A DNA stretch of 64,000 nucleotides, from positions 19,653 through 83,652 of the forward strand of contig CAZJVU010000002.1 of the NCBI GenBank assembly GCA_964550035.1, read 5' to 3'. The DNA is from an uncultured Candidatus Saccharibacteria bacterium (GTDB lineage: Bacteria > Patescibacteriota > Saccharimonadia > Saccharimonadales > EFPC-124). The notes under the pieces were generated by a model. That model saw nothing but the letters and a program-made list of their open reading frames with translations, ran no database searches and had not been told where the DNA came from. The position numbers and the translations under genes were made by a program. Shown one piece after another: positions 37,393 to 46,410 of the stretch; position 1 is the first letter of the stretch, and every line of letters begins with the position of its first letter.

Positions 37393-39042
37393 GTGGGAAT
37401 GTATCCGAGTATCGACAAAATCAAGGCGCTTTTGCTCAAGGAGAACTACATCTCCGAAAAAGACAGTGCCGCTGCCGAGAAAGTCGCGCACAGTAGCGAG
37501 GAATACATTGAGTTTCTCATTCGCCAAGAGCTGCTGACGTACCCGCTGCTCGGGCAGGCCATTGCCGAAGGCTACAAGTTGCCATTTGCCGACTTCAGTA
37601 GTCGCCCCACTCAAAAAGAACTTGTTACGAGCGTTCCACAGGAAGCCGCCGAGAAAATGCGCTTGGTTGTCACGCAGCGCGACGAAGAAAGCGTCACGGT
37701 CGCCACCGATACGCCCGAAAAAATCGACCCGCCAACCATCAAGGCACTCTTTCCTGGCCTCAAAGTTCGCCTGAGTTATACGCTGCCGTCTTCGGTAACG
37801 TCATCGTTCGAGCTGTTTGCACAACCACTTGCCACGCGCTTTTCGAAAATCATCAAAGATAGCAACCGCGTTGCGCCGGAGATAGTCGACGAAATCATCA
37901 AAGACGCGCTAAACTACCGCGCTTCGGACATTCACTTTGAACCACGCGAGCAGTCCGTGGAAGTGCGCTTCCGCGTGGACGGCGCACTTCGCGAAGCCGG
38001 TGAAATTCCCAAAGAATACTACGACAACGTCCTCAACCGCATCAAAATCGAGAGCGGTATGCGCATCGACGAGCACAACTCTGCACAGGACGGCGCCATG
38101 AAGCGCGAAGGCGAAGGACAAGGGGCTGATCTTCGCGTATCGCTCGTCCCAACTGTAGAGGGTGAGAAGGTCGTGATGCGCGTCCTGGGCTCGTACGTGC
38201 AAGGCTTTACCTTTGCCGATATTGGGCTCGACGACGAACACCGAGAAATTATCGAACGCAGCATGCACAAACCATTTGGTATGATTCTGACCGTCGGCCC
38301 AACCGGCTCAGGTAAAACAACCACGCTCTATTCGCTACTCAAGACGCTCAACAAGCCAGACGTCAACATCACGACCATCGAAGATCCGGTTGAGTACAAG
38401 ATGGCTGGCACCAACCAAATCCAAGTCAACGAAGCCGGCAACATGACATTCGCCAAGGGCCTTCGCGCCATTGTCCGCCAAGATCCCAACATCATTTTGG
38501 TCGGAGAAATTCGCGACCAAGAAACAGCCGAGATCAGCGTCAATGCCGCGCTAACAGGTCACTTGCTACTCAGCACATTTCACGCCAACGATGCCGCAAC
38601 CGCGATGCCGCGGCTTGTCGATATGGGCATCGAGCCGTTTCTACTGGCTTCGACACTGGAGATTATCATCGCACAGCGGCTGGTGCGCAAAATCTGCAAC
38701 GCCTGCCGCTACAGTATTTCGGCGCATGACGCATTAGCAAATCTTCCACACAAAACCGACCTCTCCAAATACTTCAAACCTTCTGATAACCTCTACGCCG
38801 GCAAAGGCTGCGCTGTGTGTAACGGCACCGGCTACAACGGCCGCTCGGCGCTCTACGAAATCATCGAAGTCACCGCCGAGATGCAAAGCCTCATGCTCAA
38901 TTCGCCATCCACCCAAGAGATCGAAGCATTGGCACGCAAGCAGGGTAACAAATCGATGTTCGAGGACGGCATAGATAAAGTAAAACAAGGCACGACCACC
39001 ATCGAAGAAGTACTGCGCGTCGTCTCGCCACCAGGAGCATAA
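37393..39042 (+). CDS. GspE/PilB assembly ATPase
   Basis: ASDIHFEP, GPTGSGKTTT, TIEDPVE, RQDPNIILVGEIRD, CxxC...CxxC. Confidence 0.95.
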   Translation: MGMYPSIDKIKALLLKENYISEKDSAAAEKVAHSSEEYIEFLIRQELLTYPLLGQAIAEGYKLPFADFSSRPTQKELVTSVPQEAAEKMRLVVTQRDEESVTVATDTPEKIDPPTIKALFPGLKVRLSYTLPSSVTSSFELFAQPLATRFSKIIKDSNRVAPEIVDEIIKDALNYRASDIHFEPREQSVEVRFRVDGALREAGEIPKEYYDNVLNRIKIESGMRIDEHNSAQDGAMKREGEGQGADLRVSLVPTVEGEKVVMRVLGSYVQGFTFADIGLDDEHREIIERSMHKPFGMILTVGPTGSGKTTTLYSLLKTLNKPDVNITTIEDPVEYKMAGTNQIQVNEAGNMTFAKGLRAIVRQDPNIILVGEIRDQETAEISVNAALTGHLLLSTFHANDAATAMPRLVDMGIEPFLLASTLEIIIAQRLVRKICNACRYSISAHDALANLPHKTDLSKYFKPSDNLYAGKGCAVCNGTGYNGRSALYEIIEVTAEMQSLMLNSPSTQEIEALARKQGNKSMFEDGIDKVKQGTTTIEEVLRVVSPPGA

Positions 39043-39043
39043 C

Positions 39044-40135
39044 ATGGACGCCAAGCCTCATGCGCCAGCCAAGCGAACCAAGCTCCACATCGCATTCAAA
39101 GAACGTGAATATTTCACCGAAAATCTCGCGCTCCTGATCAAATCCGGTGTGCCCGTCGGCCAAGCCCTCGAGTCGCTCGCCGTCTCGGCCAAATCACGCA
39201 CTACCAAGAAGGCACTCGCCCGCATGCAGACCGACATCGAGGCTGGCTATTCACTGGCAAACAGCCTAGACCGCTCGGGCATTGTTGGCTCGCAGACGTT
39301 GGCGCTCATTCGGCTGGGAGAAGAGTCGGGGCACCTCATTCAAAATCTCCAGCTCGCCGCGCAGCAAGAAGAAAAGCGCCATACATTCCGCTCGAAGGTT
39401 CGCTCGGCGCTTATTTACCCGGCGTTCGTCATGAGCCTGACGCTCGTCGTTGGACTGGGCGTGGCATGGTTTTTACTTCCCAAGCTCGCTCAGACATTTA
39501 GCCAGTTGCACGCGTCGCTGCCGGCAATTTCACAGTATCTTATTGCGTTCGGGCTTTTCCTGCAGCAGTACGGTGCCGTTGCCGTGCCGGGTGCTCTCGC
39601 CGTGCTTGCGCTGATTGGCTATGTCGTTTTTGCGGCGCCAGGTACAAAATTTATTGGCCAGAAACTCCTCTTTGCGCTGCCGGGCGTCGGGCGACTGATG
39701 CACGAAGTGGAGATCGCGCAGTTTGGCTATTTACTCAGCACGCTTCTTGAGGCAGGATTGCCGATCGTACGATCTATCGAGCTCCTGGCGCACGCAACAA
39801 CCGCTCGACCGTATCAGAAGTTTTATGACTATCTGGCGCATTCACTGAGCGACGGCTACAGCATCGAGCACAGCCTGAAGTCATACAAGCACAGCGCCAA
39901 GCTAATCCCACCAGCCGTCCAGCAGATGATCATATCCGGTGAACGCTCCGGCTCGCTCAGTGATGTCCTCAAAACCATCGGCCGCACGTACGAGCAAAAA
40001 GCCGATCTCACCACGCAAAACCTCGAGGCCATCATCGAACCAATCATGCTCGTCATCGTTTGGCTTGGCGTCATGGCGGTCGCAGTAGCGGTTATCATCC
40101 CGATTTACAGTCTTGTGGGAGGGCTCAGTCAATGA
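39044..40135 (+). CDS. GspF/PilC platform protein
   Basis: GEESGHL, ALIYP, GERSGSL, IEPI. Confidence 0.95.
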   Translation: MDAKPHAPAKRTKLHIAFKEREYFTENLALLIKSGVPVGQALESLAVSAKSRTTKKALARMQTDIEAGYSLANSLDRSGIVGSQTLALIRLGEESGHLIQNLQLAAQQEEKRHTFRSKVRSALIYPAFVMSLTLVVGLGVAWFLLPKLAQTFSQLHASLPAISQYLIAFGLFLQQYGAVAVPGALAVLALIGYVVFAAPGTKFIGQKLLFALPGVGRLMHEVEIAQFGYLLSTLLEAGLPIVRSIELLAHATTARPYQKFYDYLAHSLSDGYSIEHSLKSYKHSAKLIPPAVQQMIISGERSGSLSDVLKTIGRTYEQKADLTTQNLEAIIEPIMLVIVWLGVMAVAVAVIIPIYSLVGGLSQ

Positions 40136-40569
40136 TGCGCCAGGGTGGGTTTACGTTGCTTGAGCTACTCCTGTCGGTCACGATTATTGGCCTCATAACC
40201 GCGTTGTCATTGCCGGTGTACGAAACATTTGCCAGGCGCAATGATCTCGACCTGACCGCGCAAAATGTGACAGCAGCTATTCGTCGAGCCCAAACCTATG
40301 CGCGCGGGCAGAACTATGACAGCACCTGGGGCATCAAATTCCAAGCAGACAACGCCACGCTCTACCGCGGCACGTCATATGCCAGCCGAACAGCTGGCTT
40401 CGACGAAATTGTCGACATTCCTGATTCCATCACCGCAAGCGGCCTCGACGACATTCAGTTTGCCAAAATGACTGGCGCCCCATCGTCCACCGGCACGCTC
40501 ACCCTCAGCAGCACTACTAACGACACGAGGGCAATCACGCTCAATGCCAAAGGGATGGTCAGCTACTAA
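40132..40569 (+). CDS. Minor type IV pilin
   Basis: GFTLLELL prepilin motif. Confidence 0.9.
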   Translation: MMRQGGFTLLELLLSVTIIGLITALSLPVYETFARRNDLDLTAQNVTAAIRRAQTYARGQNYDSTWGIKFQADNATLYRGTSYASRTAGFDEIVDIPDSITASGLDDIQFAKMTGAPSSTGTLTLSSTTNDTRAITLNAKGMVSY

Positions 40570-41950
40570 TCGCCAAGGTGGGTTCTCTGTCGTCGAAGTC
40601 CTGCTGGCTGCGACGGTCTTTGCCATGCTCGTCACTGCAATCATCGGCGCGCTCGTGTACGGGCGTAACTCGACGGCGGGTAGCGGCGATCGTACGCGCG
40701 CCAACCTCGTGGCCGACGAAGGCGTCGAAGCTGTACGCAATATCCGCGACGCTGGCTATAGCAACCTCGCCGACGGAACCTACGGACTCGTCCAGAGCGG
40801 CAACGCATGGACGCTTTCTGGCAGCTCTGATACGAATGATATATTTACGCGCTCGGTTACTATCGCCAGCGGCGGCACTAACCGCAAGACCGTCACCAGC
40901 AACGTCTCGTGGTCCGGCGCACAGGGGAGCGGGCAGACAAGTACCGTGAGTGAATTGACTAATTGGATGGCAACATTGCCGAAATATTGGTCAGCCGCAA
41001 GCCAATACGGTGGCGTCGATGTAACCGGAACGATTGCGGGATGGAAAGTAGCAACTTCCGGATCTTACGCCTATATGGTGCGCAAGAGCGCGACCGGTCC
41101 CAACTTCATTGTCATCAATATTAGTACGCCGACCGCACCGACCGTCGTCGGCACGCTCACACTCACCGGGACGCCGACAAACATCGCCGTAAGCGGAAAC
41201 TACGCGTACGTCAGCAATAGCTCTACCTCGGGTGAATTACAAATTGTGAACGTCACCACGCCAGCTGCACCGGCGCTGAGCGGCACCTACAATGCATCGG
41301 GCCTCGCGGGAGGCGGTCTCGGCGTCTACGCAGTTGGCACAACCGCCTATCTCGTGCGTGCTGCAAACAGCGGTACTGACGAGTTTGTCATCGTTAACGC
41401 AGCCACACCAAGCAGCCCAACACGTGTCGGTGGCTATGGCCTAAACGTTGCAATGAATGAAGTCTACGTAACTGGCACCGTCGCATATGTCGCCACCGGC
41501 TCGGATACACAAGAGCTTCTCCCTATTAACATAGCTACGCCCTCAGCGCCGACAGCAGGAACGGCCATAAACTTAACGGGCACGACCGACGCCACGACCA
41601 TCACCGGTTACGGGACGCGACTTTTCGTGGGGCAGGGGACGGCACTCAGCTCGGTGAGCATCAGCAGCCCATTAGCGCCGACGCTGAGCGGTAGCCTCAC
41701 TCTTCCGGCTGTCATCAACGACCTTACTGCAGATAGCGCGCACAACTATATCGATGCCAGCATAAGCAGCACAACCGCGGAATTCCAAGTAATTAACGTT
41801 ACAGCTCCGGCCACGCCCACCGTACTCAAAACAGTTGACACGACAGGCGCATTTAACCTGACCGGTGTTGCTTACAATGCCACCTACGATATCGTCGTTG
41901 GGACCGGCACCAATACTGCGCAAGAAATACAAATACTGGGTCCGAACTGA
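40544..41950 (+). CDS. Minor pilin with C-terminal LVIVD-type beta-propeller repeats
   Basis: GFSVVEVL; repeats like SGNYAYV..GELQIVNVTTPAAP. Confidence 0.85.
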   Translation: MPKGWSATNRQGGFSVVEVLLAATVFAMLVTAIIGALVYGRNSTAGSGDRTRANLVADEGVEAVRNIRDAGYSNLADGTYGLVQSGNAWTLSGSSDTNDIFTRSVTIASGGTNRKTVTSNVSWSGAQGSGQTSTVSELTNWMATLPKYWSAASQYGGVDVTGTIAGWKVATSGSYAYMVRKSATGPNFIVINISTPTAPTVVGTLTLTGTPTNIAVSGNYAYVSNSSTSGELQIVNVTTPAAPALSGTYNASGLAGGGLGVYAVGTTAYLVRAANSGTDEFVIVNAATPSSPTRVGGYGLNVAMNEVYVTGTVAYVATGSDTQELLPINIATPSAPTAGTAINLTGTTDATTITGYGTRLFVGQGTALSSVSISSPLAPTLSGSLTLPAVINDLTADSAHNYIDASISSTTAEFQVINVTAPATPTVLKTVDTTGAFNLTGVAYNATYDIVVGTGTNTAQEIQILGPN

Positions 41951-42456
41951 TGACAAAACGCACCCACGGCTACACACTCATCGAGCTCCTGCTGTACATA
42001 TCTATGATCGGCATTTTGCTCAGCGCAGTTACGGTGTTCTTCGCGACCACCGCGGACGCGCGTATCAAGAATCAAACCATCAGCGAAGTAAATGACCAAG
42101 GCGCATATGTGATGGACTACATAGCGCAAACAATTCGAAACGCGACAGACATCACCGCTCCGACCATTGGCACAAGCAGCGCTAGCCTGACGCTCACCGT
42201 TCCGACCGGTAGCCTCAGTCCAACCATCTTCAGCCTGAACGGCACAACGCTGCAGGTCAAAGAGGGTACCGCTACGGCGGTAAGCCTTACGAGCAGCAAG
42301 GTTCAAGTCACTGCGTTTACCATCAAAAACCTCAGTCGCAGCAGCACGAACGGCTTAGTCCAAGTTAGCTTCGCGCTTGCGCGCATCAACAGCGGTGGAC
42401 GCAACGAGTACGACTATCAGCGAACCTTTACGACATCGGTGGCACTTAGGCAATGA
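41950..42456 (+). CDS. Minor type IV pilin (PilW-like)
   Basis: GYTLIELLLY. Confidence 0.88.
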   Translation: MTKRTHGYTLIELLLYISMIGILLSAVTVFFATTADARIKNQTISEVNDQGAYVMDYIAQTIRNATDITAPTIGTSSASLTLTVPTGSLSPTIFSLNGTTLQVKEGTATAVSLTSSKVQVTAFTIKNLSRSSTNGLVQVSFALARINSGGRNEYDYQRTFTTSVALRQ

Positions 42457-42854
42457 CACAACAAGGCGCAACCAACCAGCACGGCTACATCGCACTCCTT
42501 ACGGTGCTTATTGTGGGCGCGGCAGCAACCGCCATCGCGATGACGCTGCTATTGACTGGCGTCGACTCCCAACGTGCCGGTCTCATCCAGCAGCAGTCGA
42601 CCCAAGCGCGCCAGCTCGCCAACGCGTGCGCCGAAGAAGCACTGCAGACCATCCACGACACAACCAGCTACACGGGCACCGGTACACTCACGCTCGGCGC
42701 GGGCGGCTGCACGTACACTGTCACTAGTACCGGCGCAAGCACGCGTACCATTTCTACCTCGGCAACGATAAATAATGTGGTGAGAAGGACCACAGTGTAT
42801 GTTACAATTGGCGCATCAAACATTAGCATTACCTCATGGCAAGAAGTAAGCTAA
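42453..42854 (+). CDS. PilX/GspK-like minor pilin
   Basis: GYIAL without Glu5; A...A.ACAEEAL; C-terminal SWQE. Confidence 0.8.
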   Translation: MTQQGATNQHGYIALLTVLIVGAAATAIAMTLLLTGVDSQRAGLIQQQSTQARQLANACAEEALQTIHDTTSYTGTGTLTLGAGGCTYTVTSTGASTRTISTSATINNVVRRTTVYVTIGASNISITSWQEVS

Positions 42855-42890
42855 TGTTCAAATAAGCATATATAAGAAAGGGTGTGGAAT

Positions 42891-43358
42891 ATGCTCAAGC
42901 TCAAACAACTGACCAAACGTGAAAGTGGCTTTACGCTGCTGGAAGTCCTGCTTGTGGTTGCGATCATCGCGATCCTGGCAGGTATTGTGATTATCGCGAT
43001 CAATCCTGGTAAAAACCTGGGCGATACGCGTAACTCGCAGCGACAGGCCGACGTCACGACAATTCTCAATGGCGTGTACCAATACTCGCTAGACAACAAC
43101 GGCTCGTTGCCATCAGGTATCACGACAACTGCAACCGAAGGCTGCGCGACTGGTGCATCATCTTGCACGGGACTTGTCGACCTGACGGCACTGACAACAA
43201 GCGGTAAGTACCTTGTCTCAATACCAAAGGACCCGCAGTGCCCAAGTGGTTGTAACGCAAATGGTATTGGCTACAAGATCTCCAAAGACGCTAACGGACG
43301 AATCACCGTGACAGCTCCTGGCGCAGAGCAGGGTAAGACGATCACCGTAACTCGATAA
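42891..43358 (+). CDS. Major-type IV pilin
   Basis: GFTLLEVLLVVAIIAILAG, RNSQRQAD, IPKDP. Confidence 0.9.
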   Translation: MLKLKQLTKRESGFTLLEVLLVVAIIAILAGIVIIAINPGKNLGDTRNSQRQADVTTILNGVYQYSLDNNGSLPSGITTTATEGCATGASSCTGLVDLTALTTSGKYLVSIPKDPQCPSGCNANGIGYKISKDANGRITVTAPGAEQGKTITVTR

Positions 43359-43363
43359 AAGTA

Positions 43364-43510
43364 ATGGCAAAGAGCGCCCCAAAAGCAAAAGGCAAAGCTG
43401 CGTCTCGCCGACAATCGATGCCAGCTAACGATGCGCGCGTATTCATGGGAGTAGTGATCTTTACAGCTCTCGCGGTTATTTTCGCGGTCGTCGCCTTCAC
43501 AAATTACTAG
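43364..43510 (+). CDS. 48-aa tail-anchored membrane peptide
   Basis: MAKSAPKAKGKAASRRQSMPANDARVFMGVVIFTALAVIFAVVAFTNY; between pilin and terminator. Confidence 0.55.
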   Translation: MAKSAPKAKGKAASRRQSMPANDARVFMGVVIFTALAVIFAVVAFTNY

Positions 43511-43528
43511 ACTCGCGTTACTTTTAGC

Positions 43529-43558
43529 AGAAGGCCTCTCACTTAGAGAGGCCTTCTT
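43529..43558 (+). terminator. Pilus operon terminator
   Basis: agaaggcctctc-actta-gagaggccttct. Confidence 0.75.
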
Positions 43559-43650
43559 GGTATCAAAAAATCCCACCGATTGGTGGGTCATGTCATGGAA
43601 GGTTGGGCGGGCAGCGAGTTGCGCTGCCCGCCCAGACCTTCACCCAGTGG

Positions 43651-44901
43651 TCACGAGGGGACGATGATCCCGAGCTCGACGGCCTTCCGGTAGAGGGCCA
43701 CGTCGTCCATCCTGTCGTAGATGTTGTCGCCGACCGTCCCACGCATGACACTGGCGCTGCCGCTGGCATAGCCGGTGCCGGTGATGTGGCCGGTCACGAC
43801 CTCGATCTTGCCGAGGATGATCGCGTTCGTCAGACGAACGTTGCCGGTCACGACGCTCACCTTGCCGAAGACGCCAGGACCCTTGCTGACGTTGCCGCTG
43901 ATCGTCTCCGTCCTGCGTTTGCACACGGCCTCGAGCTGCGCTCGGCACCACTTGGGGTCGAGCGGCTGAACCTCGCTGTCAAAAGGGCGGCGACTCCCGG
44001 AGGGGAGGTTGCCCAACCCCGCGGCAGCCAACTGCTCCCGCGTGGCGTAGCGCACCGTGCCGTTGCCGCGCGCCTTGTCCCGCTTGTATTCCTCGACCAG
44101 GTCGTTGAGGTACGGCGGGAGTTCGGGCCCGAACAGTTCGTGCGTGATGCGCCGGACGTCGGTCTCGTTCGCGACCGTCAGCGCGCCCGTCGTCACCGCG
44201 GCGATCATCGCCTCGTGGACGTCGTCGGACAGCTTGGACCAGTCGTTGCCGTAGCGGTCCGGTCCGACCAGCAGGAGCTGGCTGGCGTCGTTCAGGATGA
44301 ACGGGTACAGCATCAGGCGCTGATCGCGACCGAGCGCCCGCTCCAGCGTGGTCGGCCAGAACTGGCTCTTCCACATGCGCTGGGCCTGGGTGTGCTCGGC
44401 GGCGAGGTGGCGGATGTACGCCAGCGTCTCCGGCACGTTGAGCTCGGGGGTTTCGTCGTTGGTGGGGATGGCCCACTCGCCGGAGCCGTTCAGCTTGCGG
44501 TCCGCGGCGCGGACCGCGCTCTGTTCGCGGATGTAGCCGATGATCTCGTCGGCGTCCTCGGGGTGCTTGATCAGCTCCTCGAAGAGGTCGGCGAGGCCCA
44601 TCTGCTGGCGCGACGTCGGCATGACGACGTTGACCGTCGGCGGCTGTGCCGGTGCGGCGGGTGTCGCGTTCGGCAGACCGATCAGCTCGGCCTCGCGCAT
44701 GAACTCCAGCAGCGTGCCCGCCACCTCGTAGGCGTTGGGCAGGTCGCCGAGCTGTTCCGCGAGAGCGAACTTGGTCTTGCCGATGCTCTCGACGGTCTGG
44801 TCGGTGAGCCTCGCGATGAGGCCCTCGGCCTGGGTGTCGTCCAGCACACCGGCGTTCTTCGCCATGGCGATGACGCGGTCCATCAGGATGGAGTCGGTCA
44901 C
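43651..44901 (-). CDS. GC-rich hypothetical protein with C-terminal beta-helix-like repeats
   Basis: AGGAG RBS; strong GC3 bias; VVTGNV / VVTGHI / VMRGTV repeats; hairpin 43601-43638 downstream. Confidence 0.75.
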   Translation of the reverse strand: MTDSILMDRVIAMAKNAGVLDDTQAEGLIARLTDQTVESIGKTKFALAEQLGDLPNAYEVAGTLLEFMREAELIGLPNATPAAPAQPPTVNVVMPTSRQQMGLADLFEELIKHPEDADEIIGYIREQSAVRAADRKLNGSGEWAIPTNDETPELNVPETLAYIRHLAAEHTQAQRMWKSQFWPTTLERALGRDQRLMLYPFILNDASQLLLVGPDRYGNDWSKLSDDVHEAMIAAVTTGALTVANETDVRRITHELFGPELPPYLNDLVEEYKRDKARGNGTVRYATREQLAAAGLGNLPSGSRRPFDSEVQPLDPKWCRAQLEAVCKRRTETISGNVSKGPGVFGKVSVVTGNVRLTNAIILGKIEVVTGHITGTGYASGSASVMRGTVGDNIYDRMDDVALYRKAVELGIIVPS

Positions 44902-45010
44902 GATGTCTCCTAGTGACTCGTCGTTTGGGTGAAAGGTCTAGCTCGTCGCCGCAGTAAATGTAGCATAGCGGCAAACTTGTAGCCTACTTTACCATAAAAA
45001 CAATATAAAA

Positions 45011-45187
45011 TCAATGTTCACTACGACTGCTCAAATGCCACAGTCCACAGTAACGGCATACGTAGGCGCGGAGTTTTACGCCCTTGTAGCGGTAAGCATT
45101 CACCGCAGCAACAGCCTCGGCCTGCTCACGCGTCGAAAACGCGAGCTTGTCGTGACAGGGGAGGACTGTATCTATTTCTGCATCCAT
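45011..45187 (-). CDS. 58-aa putative Zn-binding protein
   Basis: MDAEIDTVLPCHDKLAFSTREQAEAVAAVNAYRYKGVKLRAYVCRYCGLWHLSSRSEH (C...CxxC..WH). Confidence 0.7.
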   Translation of the reverse strand: MDAEIDTVLPCHDKLAFSTREQAEAVAAVNAYRYKGVKLRAYVCRYCGLWHLSSRSEH

Positions 45188-45297
45188 GTGCTCAGTATGA
45201 AGGATTCTGGAAATAAATCATTCTGAGGTTGTTACCATAAGCATGCCCATGTATACTGAGAAAGTTTTTGCAATTAAATAACTAACACGCTTAGAAA

Positions 45298-46221
45298 ATG
45301 ACAGCAGCGCTTCTATTACTATTGGTAAAAATTACCCCACTATACGGTATTGCGGTAGGTGGATTCTTTGCCGGTCGACACCTGAAGTTGCAGCGCGAGA
45401 CGCTCGCCACGCTGCTGCTTTACTTCGTTGCGCCAGTAGTGTTCTTCTTCAGTGTCGTTGACGCCGAGCAGAGCTGGCACCAGATTCTGCTCGTGCCTGT
45501 GTTTCTTGGGCTGGGCTCGCTGCTTGGGTTGCTCGTCTATGCCAGCGCCCGTAATTGGTATTCGGCGTCAGAGCGCGGCATGCTTGGCTTTATTGCTGGC
45601 TCTGGCAACACCGGTTATTTCGGCATACCTCTCGTAGCCATGCTCCTTGGACCCGAAGCGCTTGTGGCTGCGGTTATGATCACTATTGGCCTCGATCTGT
45701 TCCAATTCACCCTCGGCTATTACCTCATGGCCAAGCACGATGCACGTCCTCGTGAAGCTGTTCGGAAGATCGTGAGTAGCCCGGTGATTTGGGCATTTGT
45801 GCTGGGCGTGCTATTCGTACAGACTGGCTGGCAGTTGCCACCAGCAATTACAGATATTGCTCAGCATTTCAAAGGAGCGTACATCGTGCTTGGTATGCTC
45901 GTTGTCGGCCTCGGGCTCAGCGGGCTCAGCCGAAAAGTGCTCGACATACGCTTCGTAACGGCAGCTTTTGCGGCTAAATTTGTGCTCTTTCCACTCTGTG
46001 TATGCGCACTCGTGGCAATCGACGAACAGTGGCTCCACGGGTTTACGCCAGTGGTCCACCGAACGATGCTCTTACTCTCGCTGGTGCCAATCGCATCAGA
46101 TACCGTTGCATTCGCCACCGTGCTCGGCGTTCATCCGCAAAAAGCAGCACACACCGTTATGCTGAGCTCGTTATTCGCGGTGCTTTATATTCCGATACTC
46201 GCAATGCTCTTCAAGCTCTAG
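45298..46221 (+). CDS. AEC family transporter
   Basis: About 10 TM; GNTGYFGIPL, KFVLFP. Confidence 0.9.
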   Translation: MTAALLLLLVKITPLYGIAVGGFFAGRHLKLQRETLATLLLYFVAPVVFFFSVVDAEQSWHQILLVPVFLGLGSLLGLLVYASARNWYSASERGMLGFIAGSGNTGYFGIPLVAMLLGPEALVAAVMITIGLDLFQFTLGYYLMAKHDARPREAVRKIVSSPVIWAFVLGVLFVQTGWQLPPAITDIAQHFKGAYIVLGMLVVGLGLSGLSRKVLDIRFVTAAFAAKFVLFPLCVCALVAIDEQWLHGFTPVVHRTMLLLSLVPIASDTVAFATVLGVHPQKAAHTVMLSSLFAVLYIPILAMLFKL

Positions 46222-46251
46222 CCGTACTTTATATATAATGTCATTCATGTG

Positions 46252-46410
46252 CCGCGACACGGTCCTGCCCAGTGGGCGGGAACCGTGTCGCGGGGACGGC
46301 CCTAGTGCTTGCAGAGACCGTAGTCCGAGATCTGCTTCGCGGTGGCTGCGTCTTCAGGAAGTAGGTGTTGTCGGCGTCCTGCGTCGAGAGACGATCAGCC
46401 GCGAAAGTCA
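46252..46410 (-). pseudogene. 3' remnant of a GC-rich cassette with its hairpin
   Basis: ...DAATAKQISDYGLCKH* ending 46302, then hairpin ccgcgacacgg...ccgtgtcgcgg (46252-46293); no start. Confidence 0.4.

Noticed and set aside
43603-44974. Long ORFs 43603-44913 (+) and 43979-44974 (-)
   Set aside because: Shadow frames of the GC-rich 416-aa gene.
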